Source: Bugula neritina
Lineage: Eukaryota; Animalia; Bryozoa
Assembly (NCBI GenBank): GCA_964035545.1
Contig: OZ037769.1
Coordinates: forward strand, 5,561,929 to 5,625,928
Length of the DNA: 64,000 nt
Direction: 5' to 3'
The position numbers and the translations under genes were made by a program. This document shows, in pieces, positions 36,940-60,453 of the stretch. Numbering within the stretch: position 1 is the first letter of the stretch; each line of letters starts with the position of its first letter. The notes beneath the pieces were generated by a model that ran no database searches, was not told the origin of the DNA, and saw only the letters and a program-made list of their open reading frames with translations.

Positions 36940-37190
36940 TTCGACAGGACTGCCCACTTTGACTTTAGTAAGCATTGGACCTCTTGGATATTAGAATAAA
37001 TAAAGTTCATATGTCGACTAATCTGACAGAGCTAAGCGAGATTTCTGAGGTCAAGGACGCCCAACTATTGGTTGTGTTACTTTCACTTTCGCAGCTTCAG
37101 CATGCAACCGTCACAGTGGTGATAACTAATATGAGGATGAGCCAAAATTGGCCTATAACTTTTTACTAAATTAGTAAAACTTAAGGTTAT
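36940..37190. promoter_or_regulatory. Probable bidirectional promoter and first exons (TRMU on +, unknown transcript on -)
   Basis: GC/CpG-richer island with ATTGG (CCAAT) motifs at ~37066 and ~37147, flanked by outward-facing donors (minus AAG|GTGAAT ~36938; plus AAG|GTTATG ~37185). Confidence 0.45.
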
Positions 37191-37980
37191 GCTAAATGAT
37201 TGAGTGTAATAGTTCTTGATGTTATTTATATGTTTACAGTAATACGATTGTTGCTAGTAATAAGAGAAGTAATAAGCCTTATTATTATAATTATTATTTA
37301 TTAAATATATTATTATTTTATTAATATTATAAATATATTATTATTAGTATTACTATTAGTATTTTTCCTGCAATAATAAATAATATCAATATTTCATATT
37401 TGTAATACTAATAATTGTAAATATAATACCATAATATTAACTATTAGTAAATGTATTAGTATTAGGAATTTGTTTTACATTGCTATTTTGTAAAATATAA
37501 ATTCAGCCACTATAACTACTACTAGTACTACTAGTACTACTACCATCCTATGGTTATACTTATTGTAATCGTTCAACTTTAGTTGACGTTGTATTGCTGA
37601 GTCTTTGAAATTTGTAATGCTGATAAAACTTTTATATTATCTTTATAGTTATTTCGAATCGAACTTGTTGCATTCTTTATTATTTATTATTTTTTCAGTA
37701 TACGATTATTACTATGCATATAATTTTACCAACACTGCTCATTCACCTACCTTTTATTCTTTTAATGCTGATTCAATGTTGCTGTGATACTATATTACTT
37801 ATAAGATGCAAATGTATAATATAGCCATTATCATATTGTAAAACTGTTGCTTTATTTTAGGATACTTTGTTATATCAGAATGGTAAATATGGAAGAAGAT
37901 ATAATAACCAACTGCAACTGAATACATACGCTTGAATTTAACGACATAAAAGTATAACAGAAAGTACACAGATTTACACC

Positions 37981-40900
37981 ATGAAAAGCATAAGAAAAAT
38001 TGCAGTGGCAATGTCTGGTGGTGTTGATAGCGCTGTGTCTGCTTTAATTCTAAAAAAGAGAGGTAATGTACTAGTAAAAACTTGTTATTCATCTACACCT
38101 TATAAAAATTTATATTATTTGAGAATATAATTTTGCTTTAAAGCTAATTACATAATTTTAGCAAACATCATCATTTGCTAAGATGCAATTTTTTAAAAAA
38201 AACGTTTTTTCTAAGCTATAATATATAAATAATCTTGTTAAATTACTTTTAGGGTATGATGTAATGGGTGTGTATATGGCAAACTGGAATATGTACGATG
38301 AACAAGGGCATTGCAGTGGTGAGCAAGACTATTTGGATGCTGAGAAAGCAGCATCGTTGATTGGCATACCATTAAGACGAGTCAGTTTTGAGAAAGAGTA
38401 TTGGACTCAAGTATTCAGGTATTGTTATATTTTCTTAGATACGATCTTCTGAATTTTATAGGCAAGTATTTTGGTTGTGTTGAATCCTACAGGTGTATAG
38501 TCAATTGGCATTAACGTAGGTTTATAAGAGTTTTTAGAAGATGCAAGAGTGTTTATCAATAGGAAGCTCTTTTGTAGCATGCTATCAATGTCATGCACCT
38601 GTAGGCGTGACTAATACAGCCGTTTGTCAGGGGCACCTGTTCCTCTTTTGATCAGCTTTTACCAAAATCGTGAAAACTTACATTGGAGTTGTTCAAAGTA
38701 ATTTAGGAATTTTGGTCTCAGTTACGTAGGTAATACAAAGTTTATGACATTGCAGTCTTTAGTTTTAAAGAAATACTATATTTTATGACTTTTTAGTCAA
38801 CTTTTAGATGGATATGAAAATGGCATAACTCCCAACCCTGATATCTTATGTAACAAGCATATCAAGTTTGGAGCTCTGTTTGACTATGCAATCAATACTT
38901 TGAAAGTGGATTGGCTTGCCACCGGTCATTACGCTAAACTGCAATATTCCCGGGATGGTGAGTTTAACGTTACGATTTTTTCTTTTCTGCAGTCTTTGCG
39001 TTCATAGCATAATCACACTGGCACCAGCCAGCTGCTAGTAACAGTTATTCCACTAGTGGAGGTATACTCACTGCGTTTCCATTGTTTTGCATTATGCGAA
39101 TGCATTTTTCATTCGATGTTTGGAAACAGTTGCATCAAAAGAAACCACAACCATAAATTCATGAAAACTGCAAACACAAATTCATTTGTACAAACATCTG
39201 TACGGATCCATTTGAAGCAATGGAAGCGCAGTAATAGTGTCTTATACATTAATTACAGAAATGTTCTAGGTTTTATAGTTTGAAGTAGCAAAAAGTTGTA
39301 ATATAATTTCTAACATTTGAAGATTTGTAGCTATTATGGTTATAAAATTACTTGAAATAACAAAGGTTTTATTACAAAAGCCTCATGTTCAACAAAGTGA
39401 AACAGTTGTATTTAGTCTGTGTTGGATAATAGGAGTGCGACTGATGAAGGCCAAAGATCCCAACAAGGATCAGACTTTCTTCCTCAGTCAAGTGCGAGAA
39501 GAGGCTCTGAGGAAGACATTGTTTCCTGTTGGAGATATTCTGAAATCTGATGTGAAAAAACTGGCAGAAAAATCTGGTCTTGTTCATTTTGCTGAGAAAA
39601 AAGAGGTTGTGCTGCTCAAGATGCATGTTTTGATAATATAAATCTGTTTTAGTAAACAAATTGCAGAGTTTAATAAACAAATACAAAGTTATTGATACAC
39701 GTTTTCTTCTGTAAAAAGCACTTTTTTTGTAAGTTTTGCTTTATAATGCTTTATTATGATTCGTGTAACCATGCAATTTTCTTTTGTAGAGTTTTGGGAT
39801 CTGCTTTATAGGAAATAGGAAGTTTAAGGATTTCATAAGTGAGGTTGGTGTTGATAGTAGTAGTTGTAGTGTTCTCCATTCTCCATAATGTCTTAGCCGC
39901 TGCCTTTTTGAAGTCTGAGAACTTTAAAACTTTTGGCATGGTTGTTTTTTGTTTGTAAGATGGTAATACTTTGCTTTTGGATTCAGCAGTACTCTTGCCA
40001 TTTAAACCTGGGTCAAGGTCACTGCTAGTCTAGTAGCCTTCAGTCGAGTTAGTGCAATAACTTACTGAATCAAAAGTCAAATTTTATATCAGTTAAATTG
40101 CAGTCCTCTAAAATGACTCGGCAAATATAATACTCGTTTGCATATTTACACAGTTTCAGTAGACCTGGTATTTATTACATACATTCAGTAACTCATATTC
40201 AAATAGAAAGATGAAGTTTGTTTCAGAAATATTTAAATTAGAATTGATTTATACGCAATGAATGTTATTAAATTAACTACTAAAATACAGCGAATGCCAC
40301 CTAATTATGTTATATTCTTCAGAAATTATAGTTGATTATTTCGTTCATTTTGTTAATTTTTTTAAAAAAAATGTTAAATCACTTTTTTTTATAAAAGTTG
40401 GAAATTTAATTAGATCTTTTCAGGTTTTAACTTGCTTGAATTTTAAACAAATTCATTTAATTAGATACGTCATAAAGTTTCAAGTCAGTAAATAATTAAG
40501 TCAAAGTAATTTGCGCCCAACTCAAGTAAACATGGAGTTCTTTTTAAAAACAATTCTTCATGAAAAGCTGCTCAATTCAAACATATTTGTCTGTTAACTC
40601 TTGTGTCCTTTTAAACTCAACTTTAGTATTATTTGCAGCATAATCACTGATATGGAGTTATCTCTCTTGAACTAAAAACTCAAATATATTTATTTTCATT
40701 CACACTGAAATAAAATTTTTATTGTACTGCTTATATAGAAATGGCTGCAATTTGGGCTCAACTTTTCAGTTTAGCTGTTGATTTCCTACTAAATTTATAG
40801 AACATTTTATTATAAGCTACTTTTATCTCCATTTTTATCCTAAATATCACTTTGAAGTATATTCTACAGCTGTTATACTCTCCACTTTTCAGAGAATATG

Positions 40901-41897
40901 TGTTTCTATTTCAGTACATCAGCACACCGCCTGGTGTGATGGTTGATATAGATACGGGTAGAAGGGTGTGCAAACATGAAGGGATTCACTTATGGACACT
41001 CGGTCAATGCATACACCAGCCTTCTCAATCGTCTGCTTACTACGTCTGCGACATTAACCCTGCCTCTAATATCATATATGTAGTAAGTGTGACTTCATAG
41101 TCTCTTCTCCTTTTCTCAAAATAATACTATTTTAAAGTGCAGACAACTCAAAGTCAAGCACTTCTGTATCGGTAAATGACTGAATAGTACAACAATGTAC
41201 CAAATTTCAACTTTGATTCTGAAAACACTGAGACTGAAATTTAAACACGAGATTAGTATTGGCGTGAACAGGAAAATTGTGGGATTTATAGGCAATGATA
41301 ATACTTGATGTTATCAAGTACTGAAATGTTGGCTATTTTGTTCTGTTTAATGGGTTATCATGTTGACTGGTGTGGCATTTGAAATTAAGGCGAATGGTCA
41401 TTAAAATAGTAATTACATTGCTTCACTTTTTGGAGTTGTCTTCCGGCATAATATTGATACGCTGTTGCCACTTTTAATCTCTATATACATGTGTGCCGGC
41501 CTGTAAACCTTGACAATCACATGATCGCTTGTCTATGTATTTGTTGAAGGCTGCCGGGAGAGACCACCCGTCCTTAGATTGCCACCAGATATTTTGTGCT
41601 AAACCTCACTGGATCTCAAGGAGACACCAGCAGGTGATGGAAACTCACCAGGTGTTAGTATGTGATGTGAGAACTCGTCACCGGGCCAACTTCACAAAGT
41701 GTAACATCATGTTCTTTGGTGATGAAGGTAAAATAGTAGTGGACTTAGCTGAGCCAATCAGTGGCCTTGTTGCTCCCGGACAATATGCGGTGTTTTATGA
41801 CGGTAATGAGTGTTTAGGGAGCGCTATGATTGTCGGGAAAGACAAGTATGAACCCAGGAAACAGTTTCAGTCTGATGAGCTTAGCCATTCGTTGTAG
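37981..41897 (+). CDS. TRMU: Mitochondrial tRNA-specific 2-thiouridylase (MnmA/MTU1), 7 coding exons, ~383 aa
   Basis: Exons 37981-38062, 38253-38418, 38797-38957, 39433-39605, 39790-39843, 40915-41082, 41550-41897, phase-consistent. Motifs: PP-loop [58 protein letters not shown]...CLGS. Confidence 0.96.
39070..39232. mobile_element. MITE with 15-bp TIRs (PIF/Harbinger-like)
   Basis: actgcgtttccattg ... caatggaagcgcagt (14/15 complementary); flanks tca/taa resemble a TAA target duplication. Confidence 0.65.
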
Positions 41898-42709
41898 TGC
41901 AGAATTTATTTGGAATTTTTATGACATACTTTTTATGATTTACACTACATTCAGTAGTTAAAACATAACTATACTTTTAGCGTGAAAAATATTATGTGTT
42001 GTTTATTTAGAAAGTTAAGAAATATTTTATATTGTGATATTTTATACATAACTGGAGTTAGAAAGAAAAATAATGACTGTGACATACTATCAAATAACAA
42101 GTTTAATGAAAAAGTGTGATATTGCACGCGGTGCAACGATTCTACTTAGCTATCACATCAATCCACTCATCGTTCTTCAGTGAAACAAAACACAGTTTTC
42201 AAGCGGTGCCTAATAACATTTGAAACAATATATAAACAGCTGCTCATATAAATACAATTCAGTAATAGCTATATTGTCATTTGCTGCATAATGTAGGAAA
42301 CTACCATCTTTCTAGCTCACTGTTAGATAACTTGTTGCATGTGTAAATGTTACGGAAAATATTTAATATTTATAATGATTAGGATGCCTGCAATTCTATA
42401 TAAGGAGTTTTCTTCTCTCTTCAGTTTAGCCAAATTAGTTCATCAACTTTCTTGCAATCAATTGACATATTAAATCTTGATAGCTATTTTTCCTTGTCAG
42501 TTGAGGCTTTAAGGTATGCGCAGGGGTGTTAACAGTGAGTAACATTGAAAAAAACATTAAAAAGAATCACAGATCAAGTTATTGAAATAACAGCATGCAA
42601 TGAAATCCATTGCTTCTGTAAGATAAAATGTGGTATAAAAATACATAATTTACTTGATAATTTCTCTAGTAGATCTACTTGATTGATAAAAATCTGATTA
42701 GAATACAAT

Positions 42710-45700
42710 TTAGTAGTAATAGTGCCGGTTACGATAAGATGGGGGTTCCGGTGAAAGTTCGCTATTTGTGTCGCTTAGATGTCCCGGCATGCCCTTGTTA
42801 TAGTCGATGCTGGTGTTGCGGTCTACATCTCTTCTATGGTGTTGCCCATCCTGAAATATCACACCATAGGGAGGATAAGAACCCTCTCTTCTGACAGAAG
42901 ATTTAATACCAGCAGTAAAGCACCAGTCAACACGAAAAAAAAGATAATTTGTATAAACACCAACTTGCTAATATGCAACACAGATTGTTTTGAGGAGTAC
43001 AACAGGCCCCAAAAGTTTCTCTGTATGCCACTGGGAAAGTAATAATCTATTTTATAACATTAGAAGAAATCCAGAAAGATTAAATGAACTCAATATTGGC
43101 TAGTAAGAATTTGGTTTAATTTGATGCATGGTAAACCTATTGCCCAAAAAGATCACTGATTATTTTGCCTTCAACACCAATGATGGTCTGTTAAATGATT
43201 ACCCATTCTGAAAAAACATTGAATGAGGTAATAAATAAGCAGCTTGCTAAACTCCACCATCAGTTTCCAAGTAGCAATGTTTACTACAGCGCAATAGCAC
43301 AAAAGTAGGCTGATCTTTTATGCATACATTTCAAAAGTATTGAATAAACTAGGATGTGGGTGTCCCATTCAGGCTTTGTAGGTATTTTAAAGCACCATGG
43401 TTACATTGTTTAGGAGAAGAGTAGCGTATTATTGCAGCTATTTCAAATCACAATAGAAAGATGAAATATCTGACCCTTCTACTCTATTTGCAAGCTTGCC
43501 CCTCATGCAAAAACACAATATGAAAGAATGTTGATGAGAAAGAAGGATCTAGGCCGTGTACATTAACCTACATTGACATGAGTGAAAGCACTAGCACAAG
43601 ACAGCAACGTAGAGCACAGCATGTTTCAGTTGAAATAAAGAAATAACATTAATAGCTCAATGTTGATAGCTAAATCATATATGCTTACTGGTAAATATGC
43701 ATGCATCTGTTACATGCATATGTCCTAATATATCACAGGACTTCCTGTTTTCTATAAATATAGGTCATGGTGACACATAATAATATGTATATATATTGCA
43801 TAATACATGATGAGATAACCTGCAGAGCCGTTCGAAGTATTTGATATTTGCTAAGTGAAATATATAATACTTTTTTTAAATAATGAATGTTTAAAGTAAA
43901 ACCAAGTCTAATATTGATGTTAGCCATTGCATTTCTGCCCATTCTTTGAGATACATTGTGTAGACAAACTTGTGCTATTTAGTTTTTCTCTATCCTATTT
44001 ATCAATAATCTGATTGATTGACCATATGGATTTTTAAATGGTGACAGAGTTCGAGACATTTTTTCTTAAAAAAAATAAATTAGATACAGCTGATTAATAA
44101 CATGTAGCTTAAGAATCGCACGATCAGCAATAGCAATCAACAAGTTATTGGAATCATTCATTGCATTTGAATTAACGTATAAATGCTAGGGTCAAGATAT
44201 AATAGTAATTTTTATGACAAAACAAGCCTTAATTATTTTATCTTAACCCATCAAACAATAGCAATTTCTACTAACATGGTAGGTATAGGTATTCATTATC
44301 TCACCCTTATATAGTAATCTCTGCCTCTTTCTCTCCGGCTGCTTCTCTCATGCCTTCCACCTTTGTCTCTTCTTGAACTTGGTCTAGTAAACGATTTGAT
44401 AATAAATAATTCAATATAATTTTTAAACTAGAAACGAATAGACCAACAACCTTAGAACATATAATACATCACAATCTATTCCTTCCTTTCACAGTTTTTT
44501 TTAATATAATTTACTAGAAGTAAAATAGAACCTGTAGAAGTCGTAAACCTGCGTATCCTCTCGTCTTGGGCTATAGTCTGGTCTTGACCTCCTCCTGGCA
44601 TTATCATCCGAAATGTGGAATGCCGAAAATCCATTACTGTAATAAATCAACTTGTATATAGTCGGATAGGTACCCGATGTCATCATAGGATATTTTGGTA
44701 ACAACCAGATTCAGTTAGCTACATTTGTTTATAAAATGCCATCTGTGCTTTTAATTTCTAATTTGCCTTCTAAAAGCATATTTTCCTCACCTCAGTGCCC
44801 GGTCATGGCTTCTGCCTCGTCTGCTGCCACGTTCTGATGACCTTGACTCGCTGGAGTTACTTCTCCTGCGGTGTCTTCGTGACTTGCGATGTCTGCCGAC
44901 TTCTTTGATATCAAATCGACTGTCAAATGCCTGGAACTCCGGTGGTATGAAATGGTCTCTGTCATAACGTCTTTCCAGATAATCTGTGTTGTAGTAGCCT
45001 CTCCCAAACTATGAGCACACCAGTACATAAATATTCTACTTTAAAGGAATCATTTTCTGGGCAAATAATTGTAAAGCCAATTTAAACTCAGTTTCTATTA
45101 ATGATTGATTTCTGGTTGTACATTGCACCTTTTTTGTTCTAGTATTACATCTTAAAACTATGGTAATTTCTGAAATCTCAAGTTAGTTTTCATAGTTATT
45201 TATGGTCAGTCGAATAACTTCATGTTCTTTGCAAATTCTAGTTCAGAAATGTTTATATTCACTGGATATGCATTTTGTGTGTTGTCCGGTTGATAAAGTA
45301 CAAATCACCTATTAAATTAAACACTTCACTAATTTCAATTATATACCTTGTTTAAAAAGGCTAAAACTTATTAAATGTTTCAGAGATGAAATTGTCTTAC
45401 CCTCGGTTCTAAATACTTTTCTCTTCTTTTCTTTGACCTTTTATTTCTCAATGCCACTGGATAGAAATGGGGAACCTCCACTGGCACTTGGTACGGTACC
45501 TCCACAGCATATGGTACCGGAATCTCTTGAATTTGAGGGGGTTCTCGGATGATCTGAGGTGGTCCTTCTACTTCCACATAAACTGGAACTTGCACCGGTA
45601 CCTCTACAATCTGTGGAGGAGGGGTGGGTGGTGTAGGCGCTCGAACTTCATACGGCACTGGAACTTCAACTGGCACTTCTACCGGAACTCTAACTTCACG

Positions 45701-48300
45701 ATCTACATACTTCACCTACAATAAACCTTTGACTTTACAAACTCCCATACCTAGTCATTGAAAATGTCATGTTTGTTTAAGGATTCTTGTGTATTGTTAA
45801 ATGAGCCATTACATCATTGTTCGTATAATGGGAGCTAGGTCTCATGTTTCTTTCACCTTTAAATTATTTCAAGAATAAAAGCTTATTGCAGCCCAATTTA
45901 CATGGCACACATCTTTTCTATTTAGCAATAATTATATCTAAAAAACCTATGGTGTAAAAACTGATCATCCAGCATTTCTGCACTGTTTTAGCTGCCGTGC
46001 TGTAACATTTCGGGGGGGGGGGGGATTGTGAAGCAAATCACATGTTGGCTAAGACATGTCATAATCTAAGTATACGGAGTTGATATGATGTCATGTTATG
46101 CTGTTTAGCAATTGGACATGCTTTGTTGAAGAACAATGCCTGCAACATGTGCTATATTCAATTTGATTTTGCTGTAATGATTCAACGGGTACAATTTCAA
46201 TGCATTTCAGGGCGTGCATCATGTGTCACAGTTATCTTAGAGAGTTTCTTAGAGTCAGGTGACACATTTATATAAGTAGCTGTTGTCTCTCACCTCTGTC
46301 ACTATTTGTGGAGGGGGTGTTGGGCTCCTTACATGGTATGGTACAGGCACCTCTACTGGAACTTCAACCGGCACCTCCACTTGCTTCTCTATGATCTGAA
46401 ACCACCACCAGTTTCATTGAGTTAACATAGGAGTGATAGTAGCAACTAACAATGTTTTATTTATAGTAATAAATGCAATAAATTTACCCTTATGATTCTA
46501 TAGCAAAAAAGGGGTTCAACCACACCTTATAGCAACTGTGTGTGGCCGAAGTGATCTGCGGTTAATACTAGAGCTGATAGAGAGTCGCCTGCTCTATGCT
46601 ACTAATATTATAGCTTTTATTTAGCCTGTGGTACCTTACCTGTGGTTCTGAAGGTAAATAAATGGGTGGCGGAGTTGGACCCCTCACTGGTACTGGAACA
46701 TGCACTTCTTTAATCACCTCCTTCTCTACAGGATATGGTTGCCTACAAGAACAAGACTTTGATCATCAAATACATTATGCCATTTTAAACCTTGAGCTAC
46801 AGTTATTATATTTAGTATATTTCATGTTACTTTTCTTTGCATACTTGAAAATAATTTATATTTTGGTCTGTTGAGATATACATATATATTTAGGGTTCCC
46901 AGAAACTCAAATACGTACCTGATTATTTGAGGAGGTGTCTGTATAACCTTCGGTGGCTCCTTAACAACCATGACTCGAGTCTTAGGAGGAGGTGCCTTGA
47001 TGTACATGGGAGGAGGTTGAATGACCTTTACTCGCTCCTTTATTTGTCTGTACTGAGAGCTAGCTGGTCGCTGGGTGTATATAGCAGTGTCCACTGGGGG
47101 TGCTGCTACTCGTATTCCACCATTAGGTAGAGTTGACGGGATGTTTATTGGTGGCACGGGCTGGCCACGTCTTTCTAAGGAGGGCTGTGGTCGTAGACGG
47201 TCTATCAGCTGCCTCTTTATAAGTGACCTTGGAAACAGGTCAACACGCTCGCCCCGGATCTCCTCATCTACATTGATTACTATTGGTGTGCCGCTGTCAC
47301 TGGCATGTGAAGAACAATCGCTGTCTGATTCCAACTCGTCCGCCGCCACCTGGAACAGTGTTTATAGCTGTTAAATGGAGAAAGTTTTCAGTAGAATAGA
47401 TTTTTTCTACTATATTTCTTAATTATAATCATAGTTGTTTTAACTTTATTGTACGCAGTTTAGTTTGACAATACATCTCTCAATATTGACTGTCCATTTG
47501 AATCGATAAAGGTTCTTTAGTACAGACTATATTTTCTATTCCTATAAGTCAATTCATAAGCTAGAGCAAAAGTAACACAAGAATAAGACAAGTATCTTAG
47601 ATTTCCTGCAATAAAATTGTAGTGTGTGCTATTTCTAAGATATATTTTAACCAAAAGTTTTGCGGCCATTTGTGCTGCAATAATCAATTTTTCAAATTAT
47701 GCAAGTTGTAAAATGCTTTTATGTTTTCATAAAATTAGATCAACAGAAAAGGTTTAGCATCTGAGTCAGACTCACCTCAGAGGGAATCCTCGAGTTTGTG
47801 TGGCCAGATTTATTTATGAACGCAAACCTCGCTGCTTCCACCAACTCGAATGCCGAATCATCATTCTTAGTTAGAAAGGTGTAGCACTGCAGACCAGGAA
47901 CTTGTGTCTTTCGCGAAATGAAGGAGAAAAGAGGTGCGTGGGAACTCTGCTGTGCTTCAGGAGAAGATAACTCTGCAAATTGACTGTTGTGAACTTGGCC
48001 TGTTGCGGGATCCAAGTAATTCACACACTTGTTGGCAGCTGCCAAGTACAGATTCTGAATGGGAAACCAGAAGACTGGCGGGTTCCTTCCATCAACCAGC
48101 TGTAACTGAATTCCTGATGTGAATATTGTGAGAAAAGAGTTTATGCCTTCGAGTTCATTGGTTGAATGAGCTGGATATGCCTTGCGTAGCGGGTCTCTGA
48201 GAGTGTCCAATTCCGTAGCATTCGGGGTGGGCGCAGAGTGGCCCAGAAATAGAACATTGTACTTTGCCAACTTTTTGTGAGGTTGAGATGGCGGAGCCAT
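42710..48300 (-). CDS. Uncharacterised ~646-aa protein: PTB/PH-like domain + Pro/Val-rich VPV repeats + Arg/Ser-rich tail, 9 coding exons
   Basis: Exons 47776-48300, 46919-47349, 46640-46742, 46294-46395, 45401-45715, 44791-44930, 44532-44636, 44305-44383, 42710-42850; all GT-AG and phase-consistent; 5'-UTR exon ends at ~48499. PTB-like pattern: KYNVLFLGH...LTIFTSGIQL...WFPIQNL...PLFSFI....LQCYTFL....SAFELVEA. Confidence 0.8.
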
Positions 48301-50529
48301 TGTCACACGGTTCTACAACAGAGTGACAGGCGCATGTAATTTTGTTACTGCAAAGCTAAAGCAAAGCTATCACTTTATTTACCATGCGATTCATTAGAAT
48401 TCATGCACAAGTACTGTGTAAATAGGTGTGGCAGAAATGGCTACTACTTTGTATTTCAATAACATACGAGTAATACTCAGCTATATGGCACTTCTTACCT
48501 GCTTTTCCGATGGCTAACTGTTTTGACTCACTTCATGATGTGTAGATGAAAAAAGTTGTAAGCTTTCAGCTTTGCATCGCTTTTCTCTAGTGACCAACTG
48601 TTTGCCAATTTGTATCAAACACTCCTAGTCTTCAGTCTTCCATTCAACCGGTTAGTATACATTTCCCCACGTCTTTGTACTCGTATTCAAAAGATCAGCA
48701 TCTTATTGGACAAGCGTGAATAAATCAATACTAAGTTATTATTTTTCATAGGTGTGTTAGATATATAAGCATTAGACAGGAGTTATATGCTTATACTTTC
48801 GAGTTTAATGCCCACTCATGCATTCTACTGGTATGAATAGTAATGTGCCTTTCCCTATTGTCTCCAGTTATTAATGTATTGAAATCCAAGCAGCTATGTC
48901 AGATTAAAGCTATTGTATTACACGAGTAAAAAGTTGCTCTGGTTTTGAGTATTTGCAATATATTTGCTCACCATTGCATGGATGTTATGTGTACAAATGC
49001 ATATATTTTAATCAAGGTTTCAAAAATTATACAAGCTTGTTGAAAACACTAAAATCTTAGTATACCCCAGGTATTCTTTCTGACCGGTGAGGGTTTGTGT
49101 TACACATTGGCTTTAGCTTTTATTTGCAGTTTTCTTTTTTAATATGAATAAACAGGTTTTTAGGATTTAATCACTGAGACTAAGATGAAACTTTTTATAT
49201 ATCGTTCACTATTAATGACATTGTTTGATTGCATGTAACTGCTATAAACATATATGTTTGCTTAATTTCCTTGTTTTGTAACAAAGCATAAGCAAGCTTG
49301 CAAACAAATTTGGCTCAAATTTTAGGTTTTTGCAAATTATTGTGTTCAAACCTAGGCTAGATTTTGCTTTATAACTTATTAATTAGAAGAAAAGTTCACT
49401 TTCTGCAAGTATTTTGTATCTATTAAATATGTAATATTTGCTTCAGGAAACAAATTTCACCGACTAGCTGCCTCAGTGAAAAGACAACTCCAAGTTTTTC
49501 CATAATCACCAACTTTAATGTTATATCCTTAACCTCTCTCTCTAGCATAAAAGTACCTGTTGATACCATTCAATTCATATCTTCTATATGTTCAGTAACC
49601 TGTCAAACAGTTGCCCAATCACACAACTTCTACGCATGCAGACTGGTGATTAAGGAACTGTTGCAGTTAGAATGGTTCACCATTCATAAAATTGACTGCT
49701 ATACATTCTTAAGTTTATGTATTTGTGAATTGTCTTAATAATAATTGTTTAACTCTTATTTTCTTATATATAAATATATATATATAATGTATATATACAA
49801 TGTATATATATATATAAATTGCATGTTTTTTTCTAACCTCACTTTCATATAGTAATTAAATGATTGTTTATTGTTGGGTCATGACAAGAATATTGAAGCA
49901 TGACTTAGATCGAGTCCCTTTAATGCTACTAGGTATGCTGTTTATTACAATTAATAAAATTTGCTTGCAACAATTTATATACCAATTATAACAAACACTG
50001 TTCATATTAATTATAAAGGTAGATATTAAATGGAAATAGAACCTTCGGAAAACATGTAAATGTGATTTTCGTTCACCTTTGGTAAGCTCTCAGCTTTGTA
50101 CAATTCTTAAAATAAAGTAATGGCTACTACACTATAATATGTAGCATGGCTTAGCGATGGTTTAATCAATGCTCTTAAAAAGATAAAATTGTGTCATTGA
50201 AATTAATGCTCCATGTCCATTGATACAAATTATCACCATGACTATTCATAATAAATTTGGAGTTGTGTTTTCACATACCTTTACAATAATAAAAGCTATA
50301 ATATTACTAAGCTCTATATTAAACGTATAGGCATGTAAAATACATCACTGTTAGTATTATATTGAACAAATTAAGTTTGTATATAGCTAAACGAGAGCTC
50401 TAGCTAGCATATATTTGTTTTAGCATGTTTCAGCACCAGTACAATGATGGAAAAGAGGAAAAAAGTCATCACAGAGGTAGTATAGTATTATGACATCACA
50501 AAGCTAGGATTGAATGATGATATTAACTA

Positions 50530-60453
<9,924 letters not shown>

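Noticed and set aside
45401-46742. Horizontal transfer or contamination from a protist as the source of the VPV repeats
   Set aside because: The repeats are spread over canonical exons with host-like AT-rich introns, between normal animal genes; low-complexity convergence is more parsimonious.
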